Source: Squalus acanthias (taxonomy: Eukaryota). Taken from it: a DNA stretch of 64,000 nucleotides. Positions 47,943-61,290 of this stretch are shown one piece after another; within the stretch, counting starts at the first letter, position 1; each line of letters opens with the position of its first letter. A model generated the notes under the pieces. The model worked only from the letters and a program-made list of their open reading frames with translations, had not been told where the DNA came from and ran no database searches. Both the position numbers and the translations under genes were made by a program. The stretch lies in contig CM059433.1 of NCBI GenBank assembly GCA_030390025.1, forward strand, positions 5,518,001-5,582,000. Direction: 5' to 3'.

Positions 47943-49155
47943 ATGGGTGCCGTTTATACTGTCTCAACTTGGTCCTCGGAATCGGACCACAATGAGCCCC
48001 AACACCAGCACCACCAACAACATCACCACCAACCTTCTTCTCAACCACCTGATACTGCACAGGATAGAGGGCATCAGCGCAGGGCTGCACCGCATCGGAG
48101 GAGATACCCCCAACACAGGGTATATAGGCAGAGGATGAGCTTCCTCAACATGACGGAGCAGCAGTGCCAAAGGAGGCTCAGGCTATCGCACCAGGTCGTC
48201 GCATATATTTGCACATTGCTGGAGGAAGACCTGCAGCCCAGAGAAGTGGGTGGACACGCCTTACCAGTGGCTGTCAAAGTCACCAGCACCCTCAACTTCT
48301 TCGCCTCAGGTTCCTGCCAGGGATCTGCAGCAGACATTTGCGACATCTCGCAGTCAACCGTCCACAGATGCATCACACAGGTCACCGATGCCCTTTTTGA
48401 CATGTCAGCCAATTACATCAACTTTGCCACTGATATGGCTTCAGTGTTACTGAGCAGGCACTCGGCTTTGCCACTCTGGTTGGCTTCCCATGGGTGCAGG
48501 GCATCATCGACTGCACACATGTGGCCATCAGGGCATCCCATCATCACCCAGGAGTCTTTGTCAACCGCAAGGGCTTCCACTCCCTCAATGTGCAGCTCGT
48601 CTGCAACCATAGGAAGATCATCAGGCGTGTGTGCGCAAAATTCGCTGGCAGCTGTCATGACTCTTTCGTCCTGCGCCAGTCCACCCTCCCTCAGCTCTTC
48701 ACTCCTCCAAACAGACTTTCCGACTGGCTGCTTGGAGACAAGGGCTATCCACTGAAGACGTGGCTCATGACACCCTTGAGGAAGCCGAGTACTGAGGCCC
48801 AGGAGAGATATAATGAAAGCCACATTTCCACCAGATGTGTCATAGAGCAGACACTAGGCATGCTGAAAATGCGCTTCAGATGCCTTGACAAATCTGGAGG
48901 AGCCCTTCAGTACACACCAGCCAGGGTCTCCAGAATCGTCATGGTCTGCTGCACCTGCACGACATAGCGCAGCAGCGAGGATTAGCGCTGCATAAGGAGC
49001 AAGGGACTGAGGGCACAGCCTCGTCAGAGGAGGAGGAGGAGCATTAGCTGGAACATGAGGAGCAGGAGGAACCTGCGGTCCAGGTCCCACCAGAACCCGA
49101 GCACATTGCTGCCCGGGAGGCCAGGGATGGGCTCATCATGGCCAGATTTACTTAA
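47943..49155 (+). pseudogene. Harbinger DDE transposase, frameshifted
   Basis: ORFs 47943- and 48494-: [47 protein letters not shown]. Frameshifts near 48445 and 48950. Confidence 0.92.
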
Positions 49156-49454
49156 CTTTACACATTACACCCATATGGCTGCCACATGCTACGCCAGGTT
49201 GGCATCACTCCACAGCAACACCATAAAGCATCCCTACAATGACCAAGCCATTCCTTACACACTGACCACCATTGCTGGAGGTAACGTTATGTCTCACCAT
49301 TCACTCCAACTCACTAAGTCACTTCCAAAGGTGCAGACAAATTTGTCCATGACCTTAAAGTGGTGAAAATAAAGATTTTTATCTGTGACATCACAGTAAC
49401 GGAAACTTTACAGAAACATTTAATAAAACACCCAAGTGGCTACCCTTGTGAATC

Positions 49455-52400
49455 TACTTGTGTTTCATCTTTCTCTTACACGTGCTTCTATGAGGTGCTA
49501 CCCCTGTAGCTTCAGCAGAGGTAGAGGCAGCCTGCTCACTTCCCTGCTGCGACTACACAGACCCTTTTGGTGGACGTCCTGTGATGGCCCCTGCCAAAAT
49601 CTGATCCTCTTGCGACTGTGCAGGGGCAGATTCGGCCATTGCGATCTGAAATTTTATTACTGAGATATCTTCACTGCTCTCCTTCCTCAGCACCGAATGA
49701 CTTCTCATCCTCGGTGATTTCAATCTCCATCTCAATTCATCATGCTCTCTCTCCTCTGAGTTCACTAGCCTCCGATCCTCCCTTAATTTCTCCCTCCATG
49801 TAATCTACCCAACCCATATTCACGGCCACCCCCTCTACCTTGCCATCTCTCGTGGCCTCGCTACTCCCATTGTGTCAATGGCAGATAAGGCCATCTCTGA
49901 TCACTTCCTCGTATCGCTCTCCACCTACATCCCCCTTCCACACCCCCAACCCTACTTCTTTCTGTGTCCGCCCCTGGAAAAAACTCTCTCACAACTGCAC
50001 TTATGAAATCCCAACTGCCCAGCCTTTGGCCCTCCATTCACCATGACATTTCTGCAGCTACTGATCTGCTCAACCACACCCTCACCACCACCTTTGATGC
50101 CCTAGTCCCTACTAAAACAATTACTCTCTCTCACCCTGGCCGTTCCTCCTGGTACGACTCTCATCTTCGCTCCCTTAAGTTCAAGGGACGCAGACTTGAA
50201 TGGCCATGGCGGACAACTAGTTTAGCTATTCACCACCAGATCTGGCTGGACCACATAAAGGATTATCGGGTCCTGCTCTCGTCTGCCAAAATTGCTCACT
50301 ATTCCACAATCATTCTGGAATGCAAAGATAAACCCCGGCTCCTATTCTCTACTGCTAACCGTCTTCTTAAACCCCTCTCCCCTGTCTCCTCCACCCTCAC
50401 CTCCGATAACAAGTGTGAGGAGCTCATGGACTTCTTTGTCTCCAAGATTGAGACCATCCATTCAGCTGCCTCTGCCGCTTCCCTTCCTTCCCCTAGCCCA
50501 CTGGGCCAAACTTCCTCTAAGGTTACCCCCTGCCCTAGCCCTGAACTCACATCTTTCTCCAGTTTCTTTCCGATTTCCCCTCATGACCTCTCCGCGCTCA
50601 TCTTGTCCATGAAACCCACCTCCTGCTCCCTCGACCCTATTCCCACCAAACTGCTAACCACCCAACTTCCTTTTCTGGCTCCCATGTTAGCTGACATTGT
50701 TAACGGTTCTCTCCCCTCAGGTACTGTCCCCCTCTCCCCTCTCCTCAAAAAACCAACTCTTGACCCCTCCGTTCTTGCAAACTACCGCCCTATCTCTAAC
50801 CTCCCTTTACTCTCCAAAGTCCTTGAACGTGTTGTCGCCTCCCAAATCCATGCCCATGTTTCCCGCAATTCCATGTTTGAATCCTTCCAATCAGGTTTCC
50901 GCCCTTGCCACAGTACCGAAACGGCTCTCAAAGTCACAAATGACATCCTTTGTGACTGTGACAAAGGTAAACTATCCCTCCTCGTCCTTCTTGACTTGTC
51001 TGCAGCCTTTGACATGGTTGACCACTCCATCCTTCTCCAACGCCTCTCCACCGTCGTCCAGCTGGGTGGAACTGCACTCGCCTGGTTCCATTCTTATCTA
51101 TCTAATCGTAGCCACAGAATCACCTGCAACAGCTTCTCTTCTCGCTCCTGCATCGTTACCTCTGGTGTCCCCCAAGGATCTATCCTTGGCCCCTCCTATT
51201 TCTCATCTACATGTTGCCCCTCGGCGACATCATCCGAAAACACAGCTTCAGTTTCCACATGTACGCTGACGACACCCAGCTCTACCTCACCACCACTTCT
51301 CTCGACCCCTCCACGGTCTCTAAATTGTCAGACTGCTTCTCCAACATACAGTTCTAGATGAGCAGAAATTTTCTCCAATTAAATATTGGGAAGACCGAAG
51401 CCATTGCGTTCGGTCCCCGCCACAAACTCCATTCCCAAGCCACTGACTCCATCCCGCTCCCCAACATCTGTCTGAGGCTGAACCACACTGTTCGCAACCT
51501 TGGTGTCATATTTGACCCTGAAATGAGTTTCCGACCACATATCCGCAACATAACAAAGACCACCTACTTCCACCTCCGTAACATCGCCCGTCTCCGCCCT
51601 TGCCTCAGCTTATCCGCTGCTGAAACCCTCATCCATGCCTTTGTTACCTCTAGACTTGACTATTCCAACGCACTCCTGGCTGGCCTCCCACATTCTACCC
51701 TACGTAAACTTGAGGTCATCCAAAACTCGGCTGCCCGTGTCCTAACTCGCACCAAGTCCCGTTTGCCCATCACCCCTGTGCTCGCTGACCTGCATTGGCT
51801 CCCGGTTAAGCAGCGCCTCGATTTCAAAATTCTCATCCTTGTTTTCAAATCTTTCCGTGGCTTCGCCCCTCCCTATCTCTGTAATCTCCTTCAGCCCCAC
51901 AACCCCACCCCGAGATAGCTGCGCTCCTCTAATTCTGCCCTCGAGCAACCCTGATTATAATCGCTCAACCATTGGTGGCCGTGCCTTCTGTTGCCTAGGC
52001 CCTAAACTCTGGAATTCCCTGCCTAAACCTCTCCACCTCGCTACCTCTCTTTCTTCCTTTAAGACTCTCTTTAAAACCTACCTCTTTGACCAAGCTTTTG
52101 GTCACCTGCCCTAATTTCTCCTTATGTAGCTCGGTGTCAAATTTTTTGTCTTATAATACTCCTGTGCAGCGCCTTGGGACTTTTTACTACGTTAAAGGTG
52201 CTATATAAATACAAGTTGTTGTTGAGGAGGCATCTGGAGCTCTGACTGAGGGGGGGCAACGGGCGAGAAGTGTGAACGCTTTGAGAGGAGCCCCCACTTG
52301 CATGCCCCCTCTCACTATCATCCCTCTCATGGGCCACCTGCACTTCCCTGCTAGTAAGGAGCTGGAAAGCACGTTGCTGCACAGCAGTGGGGCCATGAGA

Positions 52401-53304
52401 ACCCACTTCTACGTTGACATCCCTCCTAGAGAGGACGTCTATGAGCCTGTCATCTATTCTCCATAGATAGCCATCTATTCTCCATAGAGATCATGTGCTC
52501 TTGTGAGTGGCGCATTAGCTGCTCCATGCAGGTGACCATCCTATCCATGGAAGAGCCTACAATCACCATTTGCCTGCAACACGGTGGTGCTCATGTTGGA
52601 GATGGGCTCCTCCATTCTCTGGACATTTGCAGACATCGCAGTCACAGAACCTGTCAAAGCCTCCTGCACTTCTTGTTGCATCTCCAGGATTGCCCTCTTT
52701 CTGGATGGCCCAAGAGGCTCAGTGTCTGCATGAAACAGAGCAGAGCTGGGAGCGTCCTGCGCCCTCTGGCGAGGAGTCTCCACTGCTGTCCCTGTCTCCA
52801 GCATCTGCTCTTGCTCACTTGTGAGTTGTGAGACACCAGGTGACAACACTACTCTATCTCACGTGGGACCCACCAAGGTGTAAGTATCTGCGCTGGTGTT
52901 GGGTGCGCTTATGTCTGGTGACGGTGCACCTTTAGAGGCTGCTCTGAGGAGTCGTCTTCCTCTTCCTCCTGGACAATGCGGGGGGCTCTTGATTGACCTG
53001 TGAGAGTAAAGAGATGAGTTAGACATGTCATATGAAGAATGGGTACAGATACCATTATGCACATGATGAATATTCACTGGCTGCTGACATCAGTCCCCAC
53101 ATGAGTGACTGCTGTATGCCATGTAGCTGTATGATATGCAATTCTGTCACCAGGTTGCTGAGATGGCCCCCTCTCTCCGTCTCCCACCTCCAGCTGCTTG
53201 GCGACTCCAGAGACTTCCAAGCCAGCCTCCTTTGCTGATGTTAGGGTGGCCAATGATAGAGTGCCACCTCCGGTTCTCTCCCTCTCCTTGCGGGATCTCT
53301 TTTC
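49455..53304 (-). pseudogene. Harbinger partner gene (exons 2-3), split by L2
   Basis: ttgcag|EKRSRKERERTGGG exon at 53304. Second acceptor ctcacag| at ~52997. 3' part continues at 49650-49455 and is homologous to 34545-34951. Confidence 0.7.
49650..52223 (+). mobile_element. L2 LINE, 5'-truncated in the endonuclease domain
   Basis: ORFs 49964-51361 ([28 protein letters not shown]) and 51358-51918. YADD at ~51261. (gtt)n tail. Possible TSD TGA. Confidence 0.95.
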
Positions 53305-53574
53305 CTGCAAGGAGGGAAAGAAGAGAAGGTTGAGTGAGAGTGATGGAATGAGTGTAACGAAGGCTACATCTGGGAGAAAATGTTTTTGTTTGTCCAATCA
53401 GGATGTAGCTTTAAAGCATCAGAATGCTTTTGTTGTGATCGACAGCAAGATTTGTCATTCACAGAGCAGGTCACTTCTCTGCTTGTAATCCACTCTCCTC
53501 TGAATTTGAGCAAAAGGTTGCAACCTTAAACTGAATTCTTGGATTTGTAATCCATCAGAGTACTATTAGTGTAT

Positions 53575-53690
53575 TCGTTTCCTATATTACAACAGTGACC
53601 ACACTTCAAAAGTACTTCATTGGCTGCAAAGCGCTTTGGAATGTCCGGTGGTCGTGAAAGGCGCTATATAAATGCAAGTCTTTCTTTATT
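53575..53690 (+). mobile_element. DeuSINE/L2-type 3' tail fragment
   Basis: Matches 8115-8230. Confidence 0.7.
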
Positions 53691-56304
53691 ATAGGTGTTC
53701 TATTGCACTACCTGTTTGAGCCTCCATATCAGCAGGGAAGACAATGCAAGTTCCAGAACCACAGCAGAACTCAAACCCTAGGCTGGAGGGGGCAGGCTTT
53801 GTGGAGGGAAATGTTACTGTACAGATTTTAAACACAGAAAAGACAACTCTATGGGAAACTTTAATGTTATTTATTTATGTTTTTATGTTAAGAATTGTTT
53901 AGCACAATATCCTCAGCCTAATGAGAAAGCAAAAAACTGAAAGCATTTTCAAAAAATATTTTGAGCGATTCACTGATTGCTCTCCTCCAACTTGCTAGTT
54001 GTTTATCGGTAATTTTTTAGTTGTTTGCTCCAGGCTTCTACCAAAGTTGTTCTTGATAATGTCATAAGCAGATCCACAAGGAGATAAACAACGCTGACCC
54101 AGGTTGCCCTTCCAATTCTCCTTCCTTCCTTCCTTGCAATTCTTCTGTCTTCTACTTGATATCTTCCCCCAGCTAAGTTGGGAATGTGCCACTTTGGGGG
54201 AGAAACCCATATCCACCATGTCTCAGTGCAATATACTTTCAATATGCTTAAAAAAACCACCATTCTGATAGCCTTTCAGTTTTTAATTCAAATCTGTTTA
54301 AAGCAATGTTTGTTTGGGGACATTTAATTACTCAATTTAACCTTATTGCTAAGTCATACCAGGTGATGCTCATTAGATTATAACAACATGTTTATATACT
54401 CAATAGCTTGCATTGGATTATATGATAAAGTCTAAAATTAGATTGCAAATTGAATTACACATGAAAACATGTAAATTCAGTTGGCATAAAAAAGGCCTAC
54501 ATCATTCTGCTGCACTTTTTATTGAATCAGTAACCCAGTGTAATCAGTCCAATCCCAGTACTCATCCTAATCAAGACCTGCAGTTGGTCCAGATACATAT
54601 TATGTTGATCACTAAAAATAGCTTATTTAGATCATTATGAAGGTTAGAATGGATTTCCCTTGCTTAGCTTATTGAAATTGGTTTCTTCCCTACAACGGAT
54701 TCCAAATTAGGTTTGATTTTCTTATTCCACTGGTCTCAAAATTGAATTTCAAACTCATGACAGCATTTACCAATTATCCCCAAACTTTATATCCAATGTG
54801 AATTATTCAGTTTTATTTTAACCTAATTAAGTCAAATTCTATAGGTTTAATTAGTTTCATGCCACAAAATGATGAAAGTGTAAGATCAAATACTCAGATA
54901 TTATTATTTGTAACAAATTTGCTTATATTCTAGAGGTGTACAATAAAGAGGGACCATATATACTGCATTATAGGTATATCTTACCAATGCTCCCTTGCCT
55001 ACTTTTAAGTAAATATCTAATGCATTTACCATCTTTTTGTCTGTCAAATATCACTTTATACAATAAAAAACAATATTTATGCATTATTTGTTTATGTAAT
55101 ATTTTATACAGATTATCTTTCTTTCAACATATTCTCACTTACACTCTGAATAGCATGTATTAAAAGATCAGTGTTATCACTACAGCAGATCTATTCAAAA
55201 TCTCATGCTTTACAGAAAGCAGCACAAAGAAATCAGTGTAGAATTTAACAAACAGATTAAAGACTTTTAGAATTCCAAAAGTAATACATTAATTTATTTA
55301 AAAAACAGTTGGAGGTACTTTTGAAAGTAATTGTGCAAGTAAAAAAGCATATTAGTTGGCTTATAATAACTGCACAGACAAGGCTTTGTTTATGTAAATA
55401 TCTAAATTTATACTCCAGTGAATAAGGAAACCATAATTGGCTAAGAACGAGGAGGCCAAGATACAAAGCAGAGCCCAAATCCAAATCTGCTGTATTACTT
55501 GATTCTTTAAACCTCCAAAAGTAGGGTCTGGTAGTACAAACTATCGATGGGCTTAATTGCATACTTCATGATTACTTGTATTTTGAGTTGATTTATACAG
55601 TCTTAATTACAAGGAAATGTTATAAATTGCACCAAAAACTGTTTCATTATTGGACTGAGGATAATGTTTCTTAAATGCGTTTAAATAAGTCATTAATTGT
55701 GGTTGTTATATTATTGTTACAAAGCACAGGTGTAGACCTCAGACAAGTTGTTTCATAGAATTTCTGTTAACTCAGTGGATCCCATGAAAATGCAATTCTA
55801 CATCCATAAAGTAGATCCATACAACAAGTAGACCTTATTCTAATGTTTCCTATGAAATGGTTTTAGTGTTGTCTTTCAATTTTTGGGAGGAAATGTTGAC
55901 ATAAATAACCAAATGTATGCTTGAACAGTATATTTTAATGCATACTCAGAAGGGAATATTATAATATGCCTTTGTAGTCTTGTGGGAGGGTTTTAGATAA
56001 ATCCTCAGTATACAGTTTCAATAACTCAACTGTTTGAAATTCATAAGTGCTGATATAGGAGCAACTGCTCACCTATTGTTAGTATTGGCAGTGCAATGCA
56101 ACCCAGATCCAAGATGACTGCCTTTCATTTGTTCAGAGACTGGATAGGTTTGTAACATTTATTGATGGAAAAACTAAGTGACAGGATTTGCAGTAAAATA
56201 TCACTAGTAAACAGCACCCTGAAACATTAATAATGCTATTGTAACAAATATATCAATGTTACTAGAAATTAAATTGCATTAAATGTTATTGGAATGGATT
56301 GGGA

Positions 56305-57753
56305 GGTTGTGGTGGTTGGAGGTCAATCATCTCAGCCCCAGGACATCGCTGCAGGAGTTCCTCAGGGCAGTGTCCTAGGCCCAACCATCTTCAGCTGCTT
56401 CATCAATGACCTTCCCTCCAACATAAGGTCAGAAATGGGGTTGTTCGCTGATGACTGCACAGTGTTCAGTGCCATTCGCAACTCCTCAGATAATGAAGCA
56501 GTCTATGCCCGCATGCAACAAGGCCTGGACGACATTCAGGCTTGGGCTGACAATTGGCAGGTAATGACTATCTCCAACAAGCGAGAGTCTAACCACAGCC
56601 CCTTGACATTCAACGGCATTATCATCGCTGAATCCCCCACCATCAACATCCTGGGGGTCACCACTGACCAGAAACTTAACTGGATCAGCCACATAAATAC
56701 TGTGGCAACAAGAGCATAGAAACATAGAAACTAGGAGCAGGAGTAGGCCATTCGGCCCGTCGAGCCTGCTCCACCATTCAATACGATCATGGCTGATCAT
56801 CCAAATCCAGTACCCTGTCCCTGCTTTCTCACACAGAATCCCCATCGAGCCTGCACCGACACATATCCCACCCTATCCCCGTAATCCCACGTATTTAATT
56901 CCCCCCAACATATCCCATCCTATCCCTGTAACCCCACATATTTAATCCCCCCCCTAACACTAAGGGTCAATTTATCATAGCCAAATCAACCTAACCCGCA
57001 CATTTTTGGACTGTGGGAGGAAACCGGAGCACCCGGAGGAAACCCACGCAGACACGGGGAGAATGTGCAAACTCCACACAGACAGTCACCCGAGGCCAGA
57101 TTCGAACCCGGGTCCCTGGCGCTGTGAGGCACCAGTGCTAACCACTATGCCACCGTGTTGCAGGTCAGAGGCTAGGTATTCTGCAGCGAGTGTCTCACCT
57201 CCTGATTCCCCAAAGTCTTTCCACCATCTACAAGGCAAAAGTAAAGAGTGTGTAAGGATTGCCTGGATGAGTGCAGCTCCAACAACACTCAAGACAGTGT
57301 CCAGGACAAAGCAGCCCACTTGATTGGCACTCCACCCACCACCTTAAACATTCACTCCCTCCACCACCGGCGTACCGTGGCTGCAGTGTGTACCATCTAC
57401 AAGATGCACTGCAGCAACTCGCCAAGGCTTCTTCGGCAGCACCTCCCAAACCCGCGACCTCTACCACCTAGAAGGACAAGGGCAGCAGGCGCATGAGAAC
57501 ACCACCACCTCCAAGTTCCCCTCCAAATCACACACCATCCTGACTTGGAAGTATATCGCCATTCCTTCATCGTCACTGGGTCAAAATCCTGGAACTCCCT
57601 CCCTAACAGCACTGTGGGAGTACCCTCACCACACGGACTGCAGCGTTTCAAGGCGGCGGCTCACCACCACCTTCTCAAGGACAACTAGGGATGGGCAATA
57701 AATGCTGGCCTTGCCAGCGACGCCCACATCCCATGAATGAATATATTTAAAAA
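56305..57753 (+). mobile_element. CR1-group LINE, 5'-truncated, interrupted by a SINE
   Basis: RT ORF 56294-56719 (GVPQGSVLGP, FADD). Resumes at 57160. 3' end aataaa...cccatgaatgaat. Confidence 0.88.
56717..57159 (-). mobile_element. HE1-like V-SINE, near-identical to 25000-25442
   Basis: Same head, V domain, internal duplication and CR1 tail. Short TSD GCA. Confidence 0.9.
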
Positions 57754-59832
57754 AGAATTTAGCCAAGGACAAGCTGGTGTTAAGTTATTTAAAACATTCT
57801 TACCATTTTTTTACTTTTTTCATAATTATATAAACATTTATAATATATACCAGTTGATTTCTCACGATGTTGCACACAGGGAATCAAGACAAAGTGCAGT
57901 CTTCAGGTGAAACCGGGTTAAAGGGCGGAGGATAATTGGGCCAGGGCACGCAGATGTAATTCAGTCCCCATTTTAAAATCATACATTCTGTCCTTATTTT
58001 CATATTCCCACTATAAATTCTTATGTCTACATTAATATTGGAAATTGCCTATGTAAACTTGTCATGTTGTAATTACATCCTCCTGCCAGTGGTGGCACTG
58101 CAGCATGACAAGGCCATCTCTATTATAAATGTGGACATAGCAACTAACAATGGAAAAAGTTGATAGGAAGTGTGCACAGATGTAAGATTTTTAATGCATT
58201 ACAGATAAATGCAATCCTTATGTTAGACACATCTGTTATATTTGGACCATATTCCCAATTAGTACCAGCACAATGAGTGCATAGCGTAACAAGTTGCAAG
58301 CAGTGGTGATATTTTCAATTATTCAAAAGCTGTGAAAAATGCACAAACTGTAAAGTCAACTAAATCAAACAGCAAACATTAGTACAGGTATAGCCAATAA
58401 GACTTGCACTATGACAATAGCAGTTTAAAAAGAGATAATGTAAATACTGCACTGTAGACGTATTCTACATTTAAAGCTGGACAATATGAGAAATTGTTAT
58501 CTGAAAATAATAAATGCCTGGGTTTGGAGCATTATTTTCATTATTGGATGACAAAGAATTTGCAGAATATTATTAATATCAAAGAAATATAAAGAGTGAG
58601 TGATAATTTTAATAGTTTACAAAATAAATAAAAATGTCAACATTTCACTCATCATAAAACTGGAAATATACCACTGAGATAGTATCAATTAGATGCACAC
58701 ACATTTTGTACTATTTGGTTAACAGTATTTTCATTATTCAAACATTGCAAACATTGCTCTTTTTGCCATTAACAACATAGTTGTATTGTGCTCCATACAC
58801 TATCAAAATAAAATTGTTTCACTGATTGTTATTGATCGATTTTCCATAAAAATCAGTATAGTAAAATAGACTTAAACAAAAAATAGATTATTTTATTATG
58901 TCTTACTGTAAGTCATTGCTTGAAGATTGAGCATTTTGGATTTGCTTTGTAATTCCAGATATTGAAATAACATTAAAACTTTCCAAATTATTATTTATAT
59001 TTACATTTTCTATTACTATTTTTCCAAAATGAGGCAATCTTCAGTTCTGACTAGTGCTACACGCATAAAATGCCAATAACCTGTCTTTTCTCTTTACAGA
59101 TGTTGACTGACCTGCTGTATATTTACAGCATTTTCTGGTTTTATTTTATTTTCTAACATTTGGAGTTTGCATTTCTTTTAGTTTGTGGCATGCTTGGTTC
59201 AGTGTTAAGAATATGTAGGTATGAATTGGCAATAATTATTTACAACTATCATTATTTGACAATTATTTATGATCAACAATTGCCACAAATCTCTCATGTT
59301 GGGTCCCGTTATGTTCATGATACATTTGCCATTTGTACTTTATTGAGAGATTAGAATACTTGTGTAATATATTTTGAAAATCTGTACATGCTGTTAAAAT
59401 ATCCTAACCACTACCAATAATTTTGTCAGAGAGTTTTTATCTGGAAGATACTATATTGTCTGTCTTTATATAACAATTCAAGTTTCTATGTCGCCATATA
59501 CTTAAATTATTAATTAAACATTAACTTAATCATACCCAATGGAACATTTCCAACTCTATTTTGTGCTGATGAAATGTATTTTCTAAAATACTAAAAATGG
59601 AATTATGATCACTTGTGTCAAATGATCATTACATAAGTACAATTTATTGTAACTATATATAACATTTGACAGTAACTGATATTCATTCATATTGATCTTT
59701 GTATTAAGCATGCATAGTTATAAATGTCTGCTGTATCAGTACTTGACAAGGGATAAGACGATCAGGATAGCATTCTGGTACACCTAATAAAATTGCACAT
59801 ATCCCAGTCTGTAATACTAGCAAACTGTCAGT

Positions 59833-61290
59833 TTATTTGCAGCTCTGAAGCCTATTTCGAGGCAGTTTTTCCTCTGATAAAAGTGGAATAAAAGTGCCGC
59901 TGTAAGAATTTAGTAAACTATTACTGAGCGAGAGGTTACTATTGCTACTGGCTTTAGTGACCACAATATCTACCTGTTCATTTCTGGAATCCCCAGACTC
60001 TCCGTCCTTAGCATTCAACTCCATTAGTTCAAGTTCGTGTTTTGCAGCCGTTTCCAAAACTTTCTGTTTGTTATAGTACCTGACAAAATTATTTATAATA
60101 GGGTGGATAGGCAACGCGATGGCTATAATGCCGCAGAGAAAGCTGATAGCTGCGTTGAGTTTTCCCAAAGTTGTCTTTGGGTAAATATCCCCGTATCCAA
60201 CGGTGGTCATGGTGATGATCGCCCACCAGAAGGACTGAGGGATGCTTTTGAAGAGGGTTTCGGGGTGGCTTTGTTCCATGGTGAATCCCAAAGCCGAAAA
60301 AACGAAAATGCCAACTGCCAAGTACATGAGCAATAGGCCCAGTTCTTTAAAGCTTCTTTTCAGTGCGTAGGTGAGTGTTTGGAGACCGCTGGAGTGGCGC
60401 GCCAGTTTAAAAATTCGCGCTATCCGCATGATCCTAAGAGCCTGAATGGCCTGCTGCACATTAGTCAGCTCCATCAGGGTTGCCCCGACTGTAGTCAAGA
60501 TCAGGCTCACATAGAAAGGCAGAATCGTTAGCACGTCTATAATGTTCATGAAAGACAGTACAAATTTTAGTTTGTTGGGGGCCGAGACCAGCCTCAGTAC
60601 GTACTCGGCTGTGAACCAGCCGATGCATGCCGTTTCGATGGAGTCGAGGACTGGATGTTCTATTGGGCTCCCTTCCTCATCAGTCACTTGGAGGTCAGGG
60701 ATGGTGCTGACACACATTACCACGGATGAAATTAAAATAAACAGAAAAGATAAAACTGCAATCACTCTGGCCGGATAGGACGAATCGGGCTTTTCCATCA
60801 GTTTCCAGAGGAATTTTTGAGCTTTCCCCCAACAGCTATCAGCCGATTCCCCCCTGTCGGCCAAAATAAGCTGCACTTGCTGTGCGATTTCTTCGAGCTC
60901 CTCATTTTTCTCGCCTAAGAGGCATTTGCAACACTCGTCCAAAAAGTCCACCTCGATCTTCCAGAAGTCTAGCTCATTTTTGAAACAAATGGGGCAAATC
61001 CCTTTTTTCATGTGGATTTCTCCGAAATAGTAGACGTCCAGTACACATTTGAAAGAGTCCGGGTCTCGATCGAAGTAGAACTCTCCTTTGCTCGGATCGT
61101 AGTCATCGCAAAGGGAGAAGATCGCTTCGTATCCACTGCAGTTTAGCAGTTCTGCCAGTCTGCTTTCCGGGTAACGGTTCAGCACATCCCCGTACAAAAT
61201 GTGGCGGACCCCGCCAATATTCACCACCATCTCCTGATCTTCCGAAGCTTCTGATTCACCAGAGTCCGGGCTTCTGGGTTCCGTCCCCAT
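59833..61290 (-). CDS. KCNF1: Voltage-gated potassium channel modifier subunit Kv5.1 (single coding exon, 485 aa)
   Basis: T1/BTB domain (VVNIGG, EFYFDRDP, HMKKGICPICF), S4 LRIMRIARIFKLARH, pore TTVGYGD, S6 ALPIHPI and C-terminal RLQSCK, all characteristic of KCNF1. Uninterrupted ORF. Confidence 0.97.
   Translation of the reverse strand: MGTEPRSPDSGESEASEDQEMVVNIGGVRHILYGDVLNRYPESRLAELLNCSGYEAIFSLCDDYDPSKGEFYFDRDPDSFKCVLDVYYFGEIHMKKGICPICFKNELDFWKIEVDFLDECCKCLLGEKNEELEEIAQQVQLILADRGESADSCWGKAQKFLWKLMEKPDSSYPARVIAVLSFLFILISSVVMCVSTIPDLQVTDEEGSPIEHPVLDSIETACIGWFTAEYVLRLVSAPNKLKFVLSFMNIIDVLTILPFYVSLILTTVGATLMELTNVQQAIQALRIMRIARIFKLARHSSGLQTLTYALKRSFKELGLLLMYLAVGIFVFSALGFTMEQSHPETLFKSIPQSFWWAIITMTTVGYGDIYPKTTLGKLNAAISFLCGIIAIALPIHPIINNFVRYYNKQKVLETAAKHELELMELNAKDGESGDSRNEQVDIVVTKASSNSNLSLSNSLLNSYSGTFIPLLSEEKLPRNRLQSCK

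Larger units (their letters stand above)
47401..53480 (+). mobile_element. PIF/Harbinger transposon (second family) interrupted by an L2; right end missing
   Basis: TIR GGCTGGAATTTTC at 47401. Transposase on +, Myb-partner exons on -. Confidence 0.88.

Noticed and set aside
49964..51918. Active L2 ORF2
   Set aside because: 5'-truncated in the endonuclease domain and frameshifted before YADD.
52451..52488. Short tandem duplication catctattctccataga
   Set aside because: An isolated slippage or repair scar inside a dead Harbinger gene, with no further structure.
60037..60778. Antisense ORFs overlapping KCNF1
   Set aside because: Shadow frames of the real CDS.
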